Below are positions 18,984 through 23,570 of a stretch of DNA of 23,570 nt, piece after piece. The stretch is taken from contig NW_003314360.1 in assembly GCF_000143415.4 (NCBI RefSeq), forward strand, positions 78,618-102,187, given 5' to 3'. This stretch comes from Selaginella moellendorffii. Its lineage: Eukaryota > Plantae > Lycopodiophyta. The notes below the pieces were generated by a model. It did not search any database, was not told the origin of the DNA, and worked only from the letters and a program-made list of their open reading frames with translations. Each line of letters begins with the position of its first letter. Position 1 is the stretch's first letter. The position numbers and the translations under genes were made by a program.

Positions 18984-21900
18984 CTCTCCCCCCCTAGGGA
19001 AGATCGACGTCCTCGTCGATGCATACTCGAGTCTAGAATACCGCCAAGGAAACAACTCCACAAAAAGTTCACGGTACTCACACTATGTGAGAAATGCACC
19101 AACTTAAATGAGTTAGGGGGCAACTTCTTTGTCTAACGCGGATGCACTACCAGCTCAGACACCTTCCAGCCGTCGCCGACAAGGAAATGACCAACGGAGT
19201 TAGCCACCCTTGCTGCTCTGGGAGTCACCCAGCTTACAAAAGTGTGATATGCCCTGCCCGCAGAGACATAGAGAGAGAAGCCAGAGGCCCCAACCCTCCT
19301 GAGCAAAGAAACCAAACCCGTCGGTAAGGTTTAGATAGACTACTGTAAACAGGCAGTTAGAGTTGTTTACACGGTCACGCCCTTTTAACGGAATAAGGAA
19401 CATCGACAGAGAGGCGGGTTATGTGACCAGTCGACAGTAGCTACCCCATGACTAGAGATTTCAACATGCACACGAAGTGCCGAAGCCAATCTGCCTATAC
19501 TGGCCCAAACTCAAAGATCAATAGATGGACAATATCAAAGTCATAGACAATGATATCTTAGAGTCTTAATTATCAGTGATTATAGTTTAGAGTAGAACAC
19601 AAAAGTATTCTAAGCAAGTTATCATCCGATAAACCAGTATTATAGTAGATAGGAACCACCAAGATCATCAAAATTGGTAAACATAGGATTCACCATCAAA
19701 CAAAATTCAATAGCAAGTATATCATCAAGTAAACTCAATGATAAAGTTTAACTATTAAAGATTGCAGACAGAATGCCAAAAAACTTACAAAAGATAACTC
19801 AAATAACACAAAGTATCATTGACTGATAAGCAAAATGCTCGCGAATGTATTACCCAAAGGAAAGAACATCCAAATCTATCAAAACTCACTCGAGCAACAA
19901 TCAACAGAAGAGAATGAATGTGGGAAGACCAACAAACACTCATTCCTGCCAACTATCACAAAAGCCAATCTGAATAGATCCCAGCCAACAATACCAAGGA
20001 ACTCAAGTTGCCTAAGCAAGTGTTAGCAACATCCTATTGATGTCTCAAACCCAAGAAACCAATCCAGAGCAAACCACAAAGAACATGTGGTATTGCGAAA
20101 AGCCATAAGCCATCAAAGAGAACAACTAATTATCATGAAAGATCATCAATCATTCCATCAATAAAGAGATGCATAATCATCATTGAAGAAAGAATCCACC
20201 ATCCCGAACAATGGCAAATCATTTTAGATCAACGATAATCAAGCAAAACCTTCGACAAGGATAATCAACTTTCCTAGATGATAGTCAATCATCACCAATG
20301 ATTGCTAGATGCAAAAGCCAACTTCAACATTAAAGCTAATGAGCCAAAATGCCTTCCCCAACAACTTCAAACCAATGGAACAATGAGCATAAAACTCAAA
20401 GAACCAAAAGCTCGAAGAAACTTATAGCTAAGTCTTGCCTAATAATGATCACGAGTCTCATAGAAGCAAATTTCAATGCTAAAGAAGAAATCATAGTGTA
20501 ACCCACAATGTCTTCTTCAACACATCCATAAACCATCCAAACTTCATAATGCCAAAGCTAATGAAGAGCATATCTGCATCAATCCAAAAGCTAAGCATAA
20601 CGAAGCTATGCTCAACAAGTGATCACCAAACGATCCTCCATGAATCCATCTATAGCAAGACGTAACTCACTTCATAACAAGCACAAAAAAAGAATCATCA
20701 ATGATCGATATATTCCAACTCAAATCCAAGCAGGATTCAAACATTCCAATATCGATCACTAACTCTTCCACTTGTAGAGTTAGCATAGTCCACGACTGAA
20801 TCACTTTTCAAGGAAAAGCCAAAGCTCAACCCCTACTAAATAATCTCGTCTAGAACACAACTAACTCAAACTTGCCACTCAGTTTGTTTGAACGTCAACA
20901 CAATTGCTAACTAGCAAATGCACAAATGCCAATAACACAAAGTTATGGCCAAATCATCAACACTATCTTCATCGAGAGCAATGAAACTCAATATCATCAG
21001 GATAGATATATCATCTCACTTGAATCTCAACATCAATAATATCAATGACAAGGCATCACCTCAATGCCATCAACATCAGAACAAAGCTAAAAGAAAGCAA
21101 GAGTGTATCACCACTCAAGGCTCTCTAGCAATTAAACTAACCAAGGTCGAAGATACTTTACTCAGCATTCGAGACCAATCCTTCAGCAAAACTCAGTTAC
21201 AAATAACACTTATTCAAGGAGTGAATCACCACATCCAAGACTCAATGAAATCCAACACCACGGACTAAACGTAACCAAATGATATCGACAAAGGTAGAGT
21301 CGATATGCCAACATGGAAAACCCATGTAAGTCTAATGACACGATCCTCCGCAATACCATCCGGTAAAGCAAGCCCATCACTGCTAAATCATCATCGAGCG
21401 AAGAAAGTATTAATAGTCTTTTGACAAAGTCTACAAACAATCACTAGTCGCAAAGCAACTAACAATCACTCTTTCAACTTGCCTTCACAAGACCCAAACA
21501 CTAAACTCATGCCATCGAGTTATATACTTGTCTAATATCCCCAGTTTGAGATAAAGGTTCATGGACAAGCACAAACTAAATGACCACTCAAATCCAATTC
21601 AACCGCGATAAACTTACTAACACGTTTAGCCAATAGCTCTGAGCATGCCTTGAAGAGGCTAGCTATGCATGATCAACACTCAGTCGAAACTAAAGTGAAG
21701 ACCATGAGATAGATCCATATCGGTACACAACCTCCTCATAGACAAAGCTATAGTATGAGTACCAACATCTCAACTTCAAACAACTAAGATGGACATCACC
21801 ATCCTTAGCCAAGGCGCAAAGCCACCAAGACCAAGTCAAGATCAGTGAGAGCTCACTACTCTCATAAAGTCTAACGGAATGCAAGGTGCAACCTGCCACC

Positions 21901-23570
21901 AAGCATAACGCTACAAAAGAAAGGTACAAAGGTCACCTTTCTAGAAAAGCGCAATAGCCACTTTTCTACACCAACTCCAGACTCTATCCAACTCAATTGC
22001 CTTAGCCCTAAAAGTCAGCATCCCTTTCGGGTCGCATCATACAAACTACCTACTAAGGTCTAAGCTAACCGAAGTCAACTCCAACCCTTCACTAGTTTGT
22101 ACTGGCTTACGAAACGGAAAGGTTTTCGGACAAAGTGATCAACAGATCAGCCATTGGAAAAGCCTAAGAACATTTGTGGAAAATTTTCCATCCTAGAGAA
22201 AGAATGACTCTCAGTCTAGGAATACAAACTTTCAAGACTCAACCAACTTCCTCCTACTAACAACTTCACATAAGTTCACCTCAACACAAATTCTCAAGAC
22301 CCAATAGCATGCTTAAGCATTGAACATCTTTGCCCATTTTTCAACATCCAGCACCGACATCCTCAAAATGCAAAGTAAACATCCAAGGCTTGATCACGAA
22401 GACCACATCTTCGGATATCTACATTGCACTAACACTCTTCTTCAACCACTTTCAGGATTTAATGTGAAGCCAAAACACTAACAAAAAAAATGACATGGAA
22501 AATCAAGCTCTAAGGAAAATTCCTCATCACTCGAACAACAATGCCACTTCCACTAACACAAGTGCTAGTGATGTCAATGCCTCAACTACACACCTTCTCC
22601 ATCCAACAATCTACTCCAAGTGCTAACGGATCAACCGATAAGTTATAGCAAGAGAATGCTATAACCTTTTCCAACACCTAACGGGCAAATCCTCAAGGAA
22701 ACAAGGTACCAACATAAGCTTAGCATAATGGACCACCATTGAGAATCCAGTCAAAGCTACTATAATGCTACTTCGTGCAAGTAGACTAGCTTCTCCCATC
22801 AACCACTTTGGGGTTGATCATCATTTACCCAAGCAACTTCGTAAACACATTGCTCATTATCACATGGATATGATATAAATCACAGTGACTTGATCATCAA
22901 TCAAGCAACACTATGAGCAAGGCTTATGTCATTACTTCAAACGTTCATGTGAATATCAAATGCCAACTCGATTCGACAAAATGCAACATAAATGTCACAC
23001 CCCACTGATAGAGATTTACAACACTCAACACCACTAACTTTTGTTCACAACACGGACAAGCTCATGCCACTCTCTTTCCGACCAAACTCAAAACTAAACC
23101 AACACTAGGCTATTCAAGGAGCAATAGCAAGGTTCCCCGGAAAAGAATTGAGCATTGCAACCCAAGTCTCCCAATAGCAAGCCTAGACAAAATGGTATAG
23201 CACTTCATTACTATCCATCCCACAACTCACCATTTGTAAGACCATCATCTCCAATATGCATCAAGGTAGGGATTCTTGATTGCATAATGTGAACACAAGC
23301 AATGAGTCACACCTCATTGCAAATCATCTCTCCAAGAAGAGAAAATGATTTACGTGTTTGATCCTTTGTCCCTGATGACTCTCTTTTCGGTCTCATCTTT
23401 TTGACCAAACCTCAAGCTTGCATTCGCATTGCTTTCAGTTCAATCCAAGAAAAGTTTATGAGAGAGTACGGCAACAATTACTTGAAATCAATAGACTTAT
23501 CCCTACAGTCTTGATTGATCCACTTGTAACTATGCCTAAGAAGGATCCACTAGTGCCGTGCTAACAGCTA
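18984..23570 (-). mobile_element. Internal region of the family-X LTR element, no intact ORF, extends beyond the window
   Basis: Contiguous with the PPT and 3' LTR. Strong A/C skew on + from ~19500. No second LTR is seen and the host RT does not resume. Other insertions may be hidden here. Confidence 0.55.

Noticed and set aside
20945-21929. ORFs of 76-107 aa in the A/C-skewed region
   Set aside because: Composition-driven open frames without motifs.

Overview
Eukaryotic plant heterochromatin made almost entirely of nested transposable elements, with no intact host gene. The co-occurrence of a Tcn1-like chromovirus and Cassandra TRIMs suggests a non-seed vascular plant such as a fern (inference). 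From left to right: (1) a decayed Ty3/gypsy pol (+) split by a solo LTR of a family called X here; (2) a 119-bp-arm foldback; (3) an intron-containing Mutator-like transposase pseudogene; (4) a Cassandra (5S rRNA-derived) LTR interrupted in its 5S C-box by a young full-length chromovirus (6488-12104, minus strand, ACCTC TSD); (5) possible exon and PPR fragments; (6) a non-chromovirus Ty3/gypsy (14160-17835, minus) carrying a complete 581-bp Cassandra; (7) the 3' LTR, PPT and long eroded internal region of a family-X element running off the window. The young chromovirus has no tRNA PBS. Instead it carries a perfect 16-nt self-priming duplex starting 29 nt from a TATA box, a G-GGA-AAC -1 frameshift site with a downstream stem, a chromodomain with a Ser/Arg/His/Pro tail, and two pol lesions. 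All calls were made by eye; no database search was run.
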